Translations under genes and position numbers: made by a program
In this document: positions 49,201-61,595 of the stretch, piece by piece
How the letters are laid out: each line of letters opens with the position of its first letter
Numbering within the stretch: position 1 is the first letter of the stretch
NCBI GenBank assembly: GCA_043228905.1
Contig: JBHGNT010000012.1
Span: 1,364,001 to 1,428,000 of the forward strand
DNA: 64,000 nucleotides
Origin: Azolla caroliniana
Lineage: Eukaryota; Plantae; Polypodiophyta
Reading direction: 5' to 3'
The notes under the pieces: generated by a model
Database searches by the model: none
Told to the model about the DNA's origin: nothing
The model's input: the letters and a program-made list of their open reading frames with translations, nothing else

Positions 49201-49865
49201 TATTAGATAATCAATTGTGTTTTCCCCTCCTCCATGTGGGAAACATGTGAGCTCTTCTAAGCTCGACCACTTGGCTAAACCATTATATAAGATCATCTTG
49301 TGTTGACTTCCAAGTTCAAGCAGATGATGGCCCAAGCTTGTGGTGTCCGCACCTTGGTGTTTTGATCTACGTGTGATGCTTATGGCTAAGGGGTCGCCAT
49401 TCACCATTTCTAGGTTTTTATCCATTTGAAATATTGTGCATTGTCGGGATTGAGTTCTCGGATTGAAATCTCCCACGAGAAAAACTTCCCCTTGAGAAGA
49501 ATATTGGATTATGTCATCCGATAAAGGTTCGTATGGAGAAGGCCCATGTGGCACTCCTTCATCAACTAATCTCACTTCTCCAACCATATTATAACGGGAT
49601 CCTTTCAAGGGGAAAGTAACAAATGGCGATAAAAATTGCATGATCCTTGCTAGTGAGGACTTTCACCACATAAAACGGGCTTTTGGGCCTGTCCTTAGTA
49701 TTTCTATCCTATTATGTAGCTCTCTCTGAAACAATATTGCAACACCTCCAGATCCAAATCCTTTGGTAGTGTCTCGACGTGAGGTTTGTCTAAATACGAA
49801 CTCCCAATGCAAACCTTCAACTCGTGGGAGTCCTCTAGTTGGGCTCTGGTGTGTTTCTACTAATG
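41085..49865 (-). mobile_element. Decayed LINE (APE + RT; RTE/RTEX-like C-terminus) with the Copia inserted near its 3' end
   Basis: APE motifs GSGGVAIL, VFLVGDFN, TIDYLI, ADHN (48811-49860); RT DFHKAFD, GVKQGCPLS, YADD (~47790), YVYLGV; C-terminal LRISSHKLEIENG..ERICRSC..EHEYHFTCKC. The clade assignment is tentative. Confidence 0.85.
41138..46558 (-). mobile_element. Full-length Ty1/Copia (older relative of the 34217 element); LTRs 41138-41811 and 45870-46558
   Basis: TSD GCTTA, PBS at 45855-45866, PPT after 41811; gag-pol 45839-41822 broken by several stops and frameshifts. Confidence 0.96.
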
Positions 49866-52800
49866 TCTTCTAAGACAAAAATTGACCCATAAAACAATTG
49901 GTTACAATTATTATGAGATGTGTATACAATCATTGAAAATGAAAATGAACATCAATAAAGAGTTTTCGCCATGACAAGTGACTTTGAGGTAGGGTATCCG
50001 CGGGCATTTGGTTGTTCTTTGGTTTTCCTAAATTGATTCATGACAAGTATCAAATGAAATATCATAGACTATAGTGTCCCTGTGAATTCTCAACAAAATC
50101 AATTCCCGCATGTGCATAAACCATTTGTAGTAAACTTGTTTGTAGTGAGAACTCATTCAAAATATCATTTTTCTACTTGTGCATAGTGTCAAATGAATGG
50201 CCTCGTGGTCCCCACATATCTGACACCAATCAACAGACACACACAATCACTCTCTCTTTTTCTCGCATGCATGCAACGCACTCACACAATCTCCATTTCT
50301 CACTCATTCGCCTTCTCCCATTCACGATTGAGCATGTTTGAAATGGTGAAACATACGGAATATTATATATATACACACACACACACACTTAAATGTATAT
50401 CTTCCTTGTAAATTTGACATTGGTAGAAGTAGGAATCAAAATATAAAGAAAAGTCTTTACAGGTTGTCATGAGTATGGCAATATGGGTATGAATATTTGT
50501 ACTCATAGAAGTATCAAATATCAACTGCGTGACTAAATACATGGATTTCCATTTATATGGTGACTTTTATGTTAGAAAATGTGAGATTAATACATTAAGA
50601 TGAGATCAAATTGGCCACAAAAACAAGAAAGAGCCATATTCGAGCATGTAAAATAATTTGACAATGTGCACATGTGAAACAAGATAATTGGTTGGGTAGG
50701 TGGGTGGAGGAGTTATGAATCATGATTCCTAAGTACATCAAAGATGGAGAGTAGTAAATAGTACAAAGTTTAAGAAACTTCAAACTTTGAGGGAGTAAGG
50801 AGGCACGAAATTATACTTAGGTGTATGTGTACTCGAGGAAATAAAACTTTAATTGCTTGCTTCCACTTGAGTTGAAGTTCATAAGGCATGAATCAACGAA
50901 TATCATATACATACATTTAGAGAATTCCATGAATAAACATCTCCTTCCCAAAAAGTGAAAAACTTAACGTTTAGATTTAGACTTGTATGTGTATGTAGAA
51001 ATGTAGGTAGAAAAAAGTGAATACACAAATTCAAATCATAAGCTAGCACATTAACATCCATTGAAATACTAACCCCATAGCATATTCTATGATGGTGTTG
51101 CCACTTAAGAAAAACAAAGTTAAACTTTATCGACATCAAGATCAACATGCACGAAATAAATAAAATCATTGCAAACGTTCGGTTTCAAACCTTTATAAAG
51201 TTTGGTCAATGGTAACAATTCAAGGACCAACGTTACCTTTTTCAATATACCACACAAGGAGACTCGTAAAGCATATTAATCTAAAAGGAAAAGGCGCAAT
51301 CATTGTTTAATGGAAAAGTAAATGAAGGATCATAATATTGCAAATAAATGAGTTGCCTAAACAAAACAAGTTTCCTAGGCTTTACCATTCTTGACATTGT
51401 TATTATCCCTAAAATTTGAGTACTAAGAATATCTTGCTAGTTTACGATCACAATTAAACCATATTATTCATTGACGTCAACATTGCTTACCATATTATTA
51501 GTCTACTACAATATCATGTGAGGCATTATCAGCAAATTGCAAATTTTTATGATAATTTGAATCTATAAATTATTAATGAAACTAGAGGTTACTTTACAAC
51601 AATACACAATCATACAAAGAGAGCATTCCACCCTTGCGCAATAAAGCATGGTGCAATGCGGAAACAACATTGAAAAGAATGTGAGATATTTACACAATGG
51701 TATTATGTTGCATCCACATTATAAACATATAGACATTTTCGCAAGAAATGGAACATGGATATTTGAGATTGATATTGAGACTTGGCTTCAATGCACGCAC
51801 AATTTTACTTTGACATTCTCGTATATTTGACTCTATCTTACCACATCTTCTTAAATGTTAAGATTTGCATTCTCATCTCATTAGCTTCTCCTTTTTATGT
51901 CCTCTTGTAACATTCAATTGATTGGACATCTTGATGCAACATCACGTCTGATTTTTTATCTCAATTTACTATTTCCTTGAGAGAAAACCTTTCCTTCATA
52001 GATTTGTGAACAAAACAAATGTCAACAAGGCAAGATAGTGGAGGGGAACTTGAGAAAATTGTTTAAATTATCATATTGCGTTGATTTCATTTTCTAATAT
52101 GTAAGGACTGTGTTTACTATGAATATCGAGTAGTCCTTTGATGGGGCAATAGTTATTTTATCTTTTATGTGCTCTTCATGTTTTACCTCAACCAATGTGA
52201 TAATGTGTATTATTTGTTTGAGATCAGGGAAACAATGCGCAACAATGCAAACTTTGCTTGGGAACTAGTGGCACGTAATGGACACGTTGCAAACAATATC
52301 AATCTATGTATGTTAGAAGGCAGTTATCAATGAATGAAAATATTATTTTGTGTCCTTGAAACCATTCAAATTCACATGAGTTGATTGTTCATGAAATCTA
52401 TACTATTTTAAGAATAGCGTCAAGACCAAACATTGCTCAAATTTGAGGGATTGGTGTATTTCTCGTCTATAATTTATCAATGCTCCCCCAAACTACTCGA
52501 CCACAATGGTCTGGCCTTCGTTCGTCACTTTTACCATAGATACCATATGTACTATTGGACAACCATCATATTTCCTTTCCTTTACCTTTTTATTTGTGAG
52601 TCTATAGGGTTCCTTTAAAATCAATGAGATCAAAGGCATGGTTAATCAATACAATGATGGAAGACACATACATCACATGAATGAGGCAAGGACACAACGA
52701 TTTGGTAAAAAAGAAATGGAAGTGATATTACATCTCAATATAATACAAATACGCTACAATGTGTGAAGCAATGGTTTCTTCTCCACACTCGTGATAACGT

Positions 52801-55800
52801 TTGTCAATCTCTTACAAAATTCTTCTACATTTCCACTTAGTGGACATCCTTTTCAATCCCCTAACTTTTAAGTGATCAACATAGAAATGGATTTCAACTT
52901 ATTTTTCCTTGGCCCTCCCCAAAAGGTGACTCTTCTAGCTTGCATATCGAGATCAATGGACTAATGCAAATAGGGTGAATTTGAAAATTTTGACCAAACT
53001 AAGGAATCATGAATAGTGGTGCATCAAAATTTGAGCATGTTGGGAGTAAAACAACAATATTCTAAATGAATTTTCCATATAGCCTAAAGAAAATATAATT
53101 GTGTCGCATGTATTTTTGTAAGAGCTTTAGATATGCATAAAAAAGAAGGAATGTGAAGTGACCCAATTTGTCTTTGCTTATGACAAGGTAGCTTGTTTGT
53201 AATCTCAATGCTAGGAACACTGCCATGTATCCAAAGTCTTAGAAAATGTTAAGGAAGGAAGTTATTGTGGTTAAATGGCCTAAAGTAGCTGCCTCTTTAT
53301 AGGAATTGACTAAGGGCCAACTAGGATGGTCCATTTAAATAGAATATCTTCAAGCTCTTGTAAGGCAACAAAACTCTCTACCACCATTTCGTATGCAATA
53401 TTTGCCTCACTTAGAATGATCATAGATAGAAAGCTAGGGGTGTTTAGTGTTGTGATGAAGATAAAATGTGGCCTACTTATTTCCCTATGGGTCTAGAGAT
53501 GTGTGATGTGGATATGTGTGTCACAACACATGGCGAGATTCAATTGAATGTTTAGATAGGTAGCAAGCCTCCTAGAGATCATTGTGATCAATAAAATAGA
53601 CAATGATGCATCGCCAATACAAAACCTTGGAGGGGATACAATGTAAAAATAATATTGTATTGAAATATTTAATACATCCTTCTAGAGGCCAATGTGATCT
53701 ATAGGACACTCTATGATGTGGGCCTCTAACAGAGTGTTTCTGGAATCTTTATAGGGGATACAAGTTGTTACAATCTTATATTGTAAGATGCTAACAAATT
53801 TTTAGATATCAAGATGATCTTAAAATAACACTATAGATCGTGAACTATAGGTGCAAGGCTTCTAGGGGATACAAGGTCCTTCGATGTGATCTAGAATAGA
53901 CCTTGATAAGAACATACAAGCTTTGTAGAGGCTATTGTGATCTAAATGATACTTTCAACATAGTGTGAAAGTTTTAGTGTGATATATGTACAATGAACTC
54001 TAACAATGTGTACAATCAATCCTCCAAGTATATAGACTAATATGATATATGCAAGATATTTTATATTCTACGCTAATACAATATAATCCCGAGGGTTTAT
54101 GTGCAGTGATCTCCATTGACATAGAACATAACATAATATGATGTTATAGAGAAGTAAATTTGAAATAACAAGGTAGTTCCACACACATGAATAAATAAAG
54201 AGCAAGGAGAGGACATGAGATGTGGAGAATACAGTTGGGTATCATCCCTAGACACAATAGTCCTCTTAGAAGGTAGGTTTACTTTTCTCTTTGAATGGCA
54301 AAAACATGTTCACCCTTCCACAAAGAAGGACAATTTTTAACCTCCATTTCTTTTGCAATCAAATTCACGTGCTCATGACTAAATGAAGAATATAATATGG
54401 CCTCAATTTTTTACTTTGAGAATTGTACTATGCAATTACAAGAATGATGCATACTACTAGTAGAAAATAAATCATAATTCAGGTATAGATTGTCAAGGGT
54501 AGTATATTTATGGCGATGTTAACTTAATCTTAACAAGAGCTTTACTATTATGTTTGTTAAGCCTAATTGCATCACTCAAAACTTCTAATAATTGTAAAAC
54601 ATTGGGTCTTAAACACTAGGTACACCCAATAGTTTATACATTTTTTTGTAATACATAATGTTATAGGTGCAAGAAGAAGTGAAAATCCATAAGAAATGGA
54701 TACAAGCTATGAACCTCAAGGCTCCCATTCTTGACATTGTGAATGTGTGAAATGAAGAGAGCATTCAGATGCTCGCGGATATCACAAGAGGTATAGCAAA
54801 CATATGAAGAAAATCAAGGGTACTTTATGATAGGCAATACATGGATCAAAGGTGGTTGATCCTAAAAGACTTTGTTATAGGATATCAAGAATGTTCAATC
54901 ATACCTAGTTGAAAAAAGTTGTAGAAACGTACGCAAGTAGCAAAAAAATCACCAATGAATCTTATTTGTAATCATGGTTATAGTTAGAGTATATAACATG
55001 TCATTGGACATTTCAACGATAAATTTTAGCATCCTCATCATTTGCACGCACATTGCAAGGTTAGGATTTCTAAGCCAGACACAATAGTAACATAGAGCAA
55101 ACACCTACACAAGAAAAACGCATTCTTTCAGTGATAATGAAGTCATTGAGATACATTTTAACCTTGATTTACACAAAACCATTGGTTTTTTGCATATATC
55201 CATGAATTGCAATGCATGTCCATTCACAATCACGATTGGAGGTCAATACACACATATTTTACTTGTTGACATGGACAAGATAGGCAATCCAAATAATTGA
55301 TGATCTTTAAGGCGATCAATGTCTAGGAGAGGTTGGTAGAGAAGTTGGTGGTACATGCACACTCATCATACTTATTTTCGTCAAAGTGGTGATATGTCGA
55401 ATGATTTGTTTAATAAACTGACATTCCCTTCTTGACCACATACGACTTTCCATTTCAAGGTGTTGCAACACTTTCTTCCAACTAGTTAATAAACTAGTAC
55501 CTACGGGGCAACCAAGGATGATGTCTTCAAAATGACCAGAGGTAACTTCCTACAATGCAATGGTCTAATTACCAAAACAATCCATATTAGCTTGAGTATA
55601 CACAATACATATCTATGATATTGCACCAATAATGGTCATAATGTTTCACTCAATAAGAAAGAAAGAGATAGAAGCGTATGTTTGTATTATGTATATATAC
55701 ATACGTACCTACATGCTTACATAAATACTTCGTTCGAAAGTTAGCATTGAGGTTTGCTCACCCTTGTTTTTGTTGAAGGGCAAGTCATGAGCATAGTGTG

Positions 55801-56016
55801 CATAAATCTTAAAATAAGTTTTCATATTGCAACCTTCAATGACAAAGCACATGAAGCAAAGGCAACCTCCAAAGGCAAGCACATGTATCTCAATCTCCAA
55901 GGAGAAACGGATCGAGAGAGTGTGTGAGAGTGCCATTGATGATTCCCCTTGCATTTAAGAGTGTTTAAAAAAGAAGAAGAATTCAAATACATTGTTATAC
56001 ATCATCAGATCATGAC

Positions 56017-56360
56017 TAGGAGTTGGCAACATCTCAACTCAAGCCTAAACTGAGCCGTTGAAACCGTTTTTAGACAATTTGCCAGTTTGTTGGTTTGGGT
56101 TGGCTGGGTTCATGCTTGAGCTTCTCAAATTGGTTTGAGGTTGGTTTGGCAAGGCTCCAGCCGAATCAAGCCATTTTGGGACTAACCGGTCCATATTTAA
56201 TTGGTTTAGCCAAACAAGTTTCTAAACCAGTTTTGCTAAACCAATTATGCCTTAACTGGTTTAGGAACTTGTTTGGTTCAAGTTTGGAAACCTCCAAATC
56301 GGGTAAGTCTTAATCGGTTTGGTTTGGACAAGGCCAAACCGGCTCTGTTGCCAATTCCTA
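56017..56360. mobile_element. hAT-type MITE (344 bp)
   Basis: TIR TAGGAGTTGGCAAC / GTTGCCAATTCCTA (13/14), 8-bp TSD atcatgac/atcgtgac, many AAACC/GGTTT subterminal motifs. Confidence 0.88.
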
Positions 56361-56759
56361 ATCGTGACCACAAAAAGGGAACTCAAACCCGAGGGGGGGG
56401 GGCTTTCCTTCCTAGGTCTTCTTATGTACTATATGGTCTCTCGATGATGAACATTCTTCACGCCCATTGACGTTTGATCTGTGTCAAGTCCAATGCGATA
56501 TGTAAGGCTTTCATTTAAGGGGAGAGGCAAGGAGATTTCAGATAGAGACATGTCCGATTGTATTGGATCAGATCTCATCCGATCCCATGTGATCGGCTCG
56601 GCTTTATTCAGGAAGGGAGGGAGATTTGAAATGATCCAAACAAGAGCTCAAAAACATGCATAGAGACTGACTTACTTACACATAGAGATAGATAGAGAGA
56701 GGATGTATGACCGCATGATGTGGCTACATACATTCATACATAAACATGCATACATACAT

Positions 56760-57220
56760 ACATGCCCACACACACACTCTCTCTCTACCCTGCCCTCTCA
56801 CAACCCTCTGTTCTACCCTTCTCTCCGCACACACACACACACACAACTCTCTCTACATTCTCTCTCTACCCGGCCCTCTCACAACCCTCTGTTCTACCCT
56901 TCTCTCTCCACACACACACTCTCTCTCTACCCGGCTCTCTCACAACCCTCTGTTCTACCCTTCTCTCTCTCCACACACACACACTCTCTCTACATTCTCT
57001 CTCTACCCTGCCCTATCACGACCCTCTCCTCTACCCTTCTCTCTCTCCACACACACACACACACTCTCTCTCTCAAAATTCTCTCTCTTCCTGCCCTGCT
57101 CTCTTTCTCACACTTCTATGATCTATCCACATACTCTGTTCCTATGTCACACACACACACACACACACTCCCTCTCTCTCTCTCTCTCTTTCTCACACTT
57201 CTATGATTTACCACATACTC
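56760..57220 (+). repeat. CT/CA-rich minisatellite (~60-80 bp units) upstream of cyclin D
   Basis: Repeated CTCTCTACCC..CCCTCTCACAACCCTCTGTTCTACCCTTCTCTC separated by (CA)n/(CT)n tracts. Confidence 0.85.
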
Positions 57221-57224
57221 TCTT

Positions 57225-57496
57225 TAGTACGTAAAATTCGTGTTCGTCTAGCATAGCATTCGTTTTCCTACGTAGGAAAACGAATGCGAATGTTATTCAA
57301 ACATTCTTGTGTGTGTGTGTGTGTGTTTTGTTTTTTTCCCATTTTTTAATGATCATTTTTTGTTATTTATTTAGTTTTTAGGCTTATTTACCTCATGATA
57401 AATAGTTAATCCAAAAGTATGGTATTATCATTCGTTGAGGGTGTTTTTTCTTACGAGAATGCGAATGAAAGTATGGTACGTATGGTTCATACTCCG
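57225..57496. mobile_element. Short (272-bp) copy of the 12842-13996 hAT family
   Basis: Shares TAGTACGTAAAATTCGTGTTCGTC.. and ..ATCCAAAAGTATGGTA..ATGGTTCATACT; TSD actctctt/actctgtt. Confidence 0.85.
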
Positions 57497-58104
57497 ACTC
57501 TGTTCCCATGTCTCTCACACACACACACTCCCTCTCTCTCTACCTGCTAAAAAACCTCTCTCTCTCATTCAGTGCTCTCTCTCTCTCTCTCTCTCTCTAC
57601 TTTCTCTTTCTATCCCCTGCTGCTCCCTCACACACACACACACATACACTCTGCCTGTCTCTGTCTCTCTCTCTCTCTCTCTCTCTTATTCTGTGCTCTC
57701 TCTGGCTCTCTCTGCACCTCGCATTTACCCACATCAACTCCCCTCTTCCCTATACATACATATACTCTCTCTCTCTCTCTCTCTCTCATAATCTCTGAGC
57801 TTCCCAAAAACCCTAACAACACATTCTCTCTGTGTCTCTGTCACACACACACACCCATCACTGTCTCTCCAAGGAGAGAGAGCAAACACAGAAGAACAGA
57901 GAGAGAGAAAACACAGGAGACAGAAACACAGAGGAACAGAAGAACACAGAGAGAGATAGAGAGAGAGAAAACACAGAGGAACAGAGGAACAGAGAGAGAG
58001 AGAGAGAGAGAAACCAATAGGAAGAAGCAGTCATACAAAAACCATCAGAGATACATATACATTACATATAGTCTGTAGACAAGGAGAGGGTTTAGAGAGA
58101 GAAT

Positions 58105-58144
<40 letters not shown>

Positions 58145-58265
58145 GTGGCTGTGTGAGTGCTCTCTCAGCTCTGTCTTCATCATCGTCTGTCTTCCCCCCC
58201 CCCCCCCTTCATGCTACTAACCTCTGCGTTTCATCTCCTTCCTCTTCTTCTTCTTCTGTAATATA

Positions 58266-61200
58266 ATGCCAGATTGCTCGGCAGCAAATCTCCTTCTCTG
58301 CTGCGAGAACATGTCTGAAGAAGAAGAAGAAGAAGAAGAGGAAGAGGAAGAGGGTAACCACGATTCTTGTCATTCGCCTTCGCCTTCTTCTTCTTCTCTT
58401 CTTCTGCTTAACCTGTGGGAGAGTTCTGCTTCTTGGCGAGTTTCTGCAGCTATGGCGATGGAAGAATCTTGTGATGTCGAAACTACTCTATCAGAGCTCG
58501 GGGAGCGAGAGATCTTTCATATGCCGAGCTCTGATTACTCTCAGAGATACGAGAAGAAGATTCTTGATCCGTGCTCTCGTCAAGAAGCTGTAGATTGGCT
58601 TTTCAAGGTATCATCACCGTCTTCATAGCTCAGCAAAAGCTCTGTCTTTTTCTTCTGTTTGTTTCCATACCTCATCAAAATCTCAATTTTACTTTAAATC
58701 CTTTCCCGTTTCCTTTGTTCATTTCGCTGGAGGAGACATGGTTTTTTCTTTTCTTGTTTGTTTCTTCGGATTTGGTTCCTCCTCTGCTTCTGCTGAGTTT
58801 ATAGATTAATTGGATTAATATATTCTTCTCTGTTTCTATTTTGGAGATAATCTATGTTCTAATGATCGCATAGATCTCCCAACATTCTATGCATTAAAAA
58901 TTCTCTTTCTATTTGTTTGTCTGCAGATTATACATTTCTGGGTTTTGCTGTATTGTCCATTTTTGAGTTTTCCCCTCGCTGTTTATAGGTTTCTAACGTT
59001 TATATGCATCTCTGATCATAGATTTCTGGGTTTTTATTTCTGATGATGTTGTCCATTAATTCCGTGTTGACAGATTTGCTAGGGTTTAATATGCATTGCC
59101 AGTTTTTTCTCCATTTCTTCTACTTTGGTAAATAGCTGCCATTATTACTGCTCATTGGAAATTCTAAGGATTTCTAGAGAGAGGATGCGAACTTATCTTA
59201 AGCATTTGGTTCATACAAGGGTTTTGAGGTGTTCACAGGGACGATGTGAGATCTAGAGCATGGATGTGACCTTTCTAGATTGGTTGGATTCTGCTCGAAT
59301 GTGGCATTTTCTACATCAAGTGATTTCTAGTTAGGGAACGGGAATTGGTGGGACATTTTGTTCAGATTAGGGTTAGGGTTTCTGGAGAGGATGTGAATTG
59401 CTGAGGCAATTGGTTCATGAAAGCATATAGCGTGTGCCATGTAGCCTTTGTAGTTGATCCGAATCAACATAACCTTCTTACGGGCAAAGTGCTGTAGTTT
59501 GTCGTCCATTTAGTAGCTCATGCTTTGTGTTCTCACAGTCTTCACACCGACATAGCCATCAAGTAATGGAGTCAAGCTCGTAGAGGAGATGGAGCAAGAG
59601 GTTTTGGGTAGGCCTCCTAGAGAGAGGATGTGAAATTTGTGGAACCTTTTTATTATTATTGTATGTGGATTTGCCCAATAACAGCATGTTTTCACTTATA
59701 TGAAGGTCAACACTTCCTCTCGGGGATGCTAGATCTAGAAAGAGGATGTAAAATCTAGAGAGAGCATATGAAATTTGTGGGAGCTACTACTATTGATTTA
59801 TTACTGTTTCTTGATCATGCAATAATGAATGACAAATATTTGTTGGTTCATATGGCTTTCGATAGAGAGGGTGTGAGATGTAGATGTGAATTTATGGGAT
59901 TTTTTTTTAACATCACTTCGAAGGTTCGAGCTTTCTACAACTTCGGGCCTCTTACAGCTGCCTTATCTGTCAACTATCTTGATCGATTCCTTTCTCTCCA
60001 TCAACTTCCGGTAAGGTTCCTGATTCCGCTTTCAGTTTTCAATTACCATTTTTTGTCCTGACCCGTTAACATAACCATACATCTTTATACAACCAAATGT
60101 ATGTGTAGAATGGTAAAGCTTGGATGATGCAACTTCTATCAGTGGCGTGCCTTTCCCTTGCTGCCAAGATGGAGGAAACTGAGGTCCCTCTGCTGCTCGA
60201 TCTTCAGGTAATCAATCGGAAAATAAATGACTTTCTGAAAACCTGAGATCGTTCAAAATTTCCTTTAGGCATTGGTGTATATACTAGGTTGTTGGTTATT
60301 TTTTTCTCTCAGTATTGGAGTTAAATATATACATACCCAGTGGATCTTAAAAATCATCCTCTTTATGTTGCATCATATAGGTGGTCGGACCCCTTTGCAT
60401 CTTTGAGCCTAAGACGATTCAAAGAATGGAGTTGCTTGTACTTAGCACTCTTGGATGGCGTTTGGGCTCAATCACGCCTTTCTCTTACATTGATTATCTC
60501 GTTCGCAAGCTAGATTTAGCAAGTGGTACTCGATGCATTTTATGTGGCCGAATCAATGAACTTATCCTTTGTGCAGTGCAAGGTAATCCTTATATGCTTG
60601 TATATATTCAAATTCAATATGTGCTCATTATAATATCAACCAACACAGACATATCTTAACGTTGTGCGACACATACATACAGTATGTGGTCTATAACAAT
60701 ACTACATATCTCAATAGCGTAGGACCATATTTATATGACATGTGCTAAATTTGAACCATATTAACTATTTTTATTCCTCATCATGTTTTGCAGAGATCAG
60801 ATTTCTCATCTATCGCCCGTCTTCTATAGCTGTTGCAGCTGTCTTGTGTGCTGCTCAGGAGACGTGCTCTACACAGTTTGCCGAATTTAAGAAGATGTTG
60901 TTTTCGATATACCCCCGGTGCCTACATGTATGCATCTTTTTAATCCTCATCTTTCTTACGTATGTTAGGACATAGGCCTGTTCACATCAGGTAAGTAACA
61001 AGACATTATGTGCTAAAACACAAAACAAAAACATCACATATGTGACAATATGAAAGTACTTATCATTTATTAAAATCATAATTGTGCCAAAACATGGCAC
61101 TGAAGTTTAAAGCATATGTTTTTAACCTTATCGATGTGGGTTTAAGCACCCAACCTTAGTATTGTATTTTATAGTAAGCAATAACCTAGGGATGCCTGTG

Positions 61201-61595
61201 CATGAATTCTAAACATCTCTAGTTTGACCTCCCTAACTCGTGATTAATTCATAGTTATGTCTATGCTTGTAAGTCATGACATATTGTTCACCCATTTTCA
61301 TGCATATTTATTTCTGGAATTCTCTCCTGGCACACAGGATTTGTCGGAACAGTGCTTTGCGCTCATGGTGGACCTATTTCTTGGACCAATCACTACATCA
61401 TCCAAGGGTGAAACATGTGGAAACTCAATTCCGCGAAGCCCCATCGCAGTTCTTGATGCATCTTTTAGCAGTGATAGTGAAAGTGCCTTCAAGTCGATCG
61501 CATCAGATCCTAGCAGTCAAGTTTCTTCCCCACCACCACTGAAACGAAAGAAGATCGACCATTTTGGTATGGGTACAAAAGTTTATGCAACTTAG
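58266..61595 (+). CDS. CYCD: D-type cyclin (CYCD2/4-like), 373 aa; exons 58266-58607, 59924-60010, 60109-60207, 60381-60582, 60794-60927, 61338-61595
   Basis: N-terminal LxCxE (LLCCE); cyclin box [65 protein letters not shown]; internal exons of 87/99/202 nt as in plant CYCD genes; C-terminal SPIAVLDA and KRKK. Confidence 0.95.

Noticed and set aside
40979-50027. Direct repeat GGGCATTTGGTTGTTCTTT at ~40979 and ~50002 as a LINE TSD
   Set aside because: Neither copy abuts the apparent LINE ends; more likely an older local duplication.
50000-56000. Faint RT/RNase H- and transposase-like fragments (~52440-53500, ~55200-55650)
   Set aside because: Too decayed to assign boundaries or family by eye.
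56703-58078. His/Thr/Leu/Ser-rich ORFs upstream of cyclin D
   Set aside because: They are translations of CA/CT/GA simple repeats.
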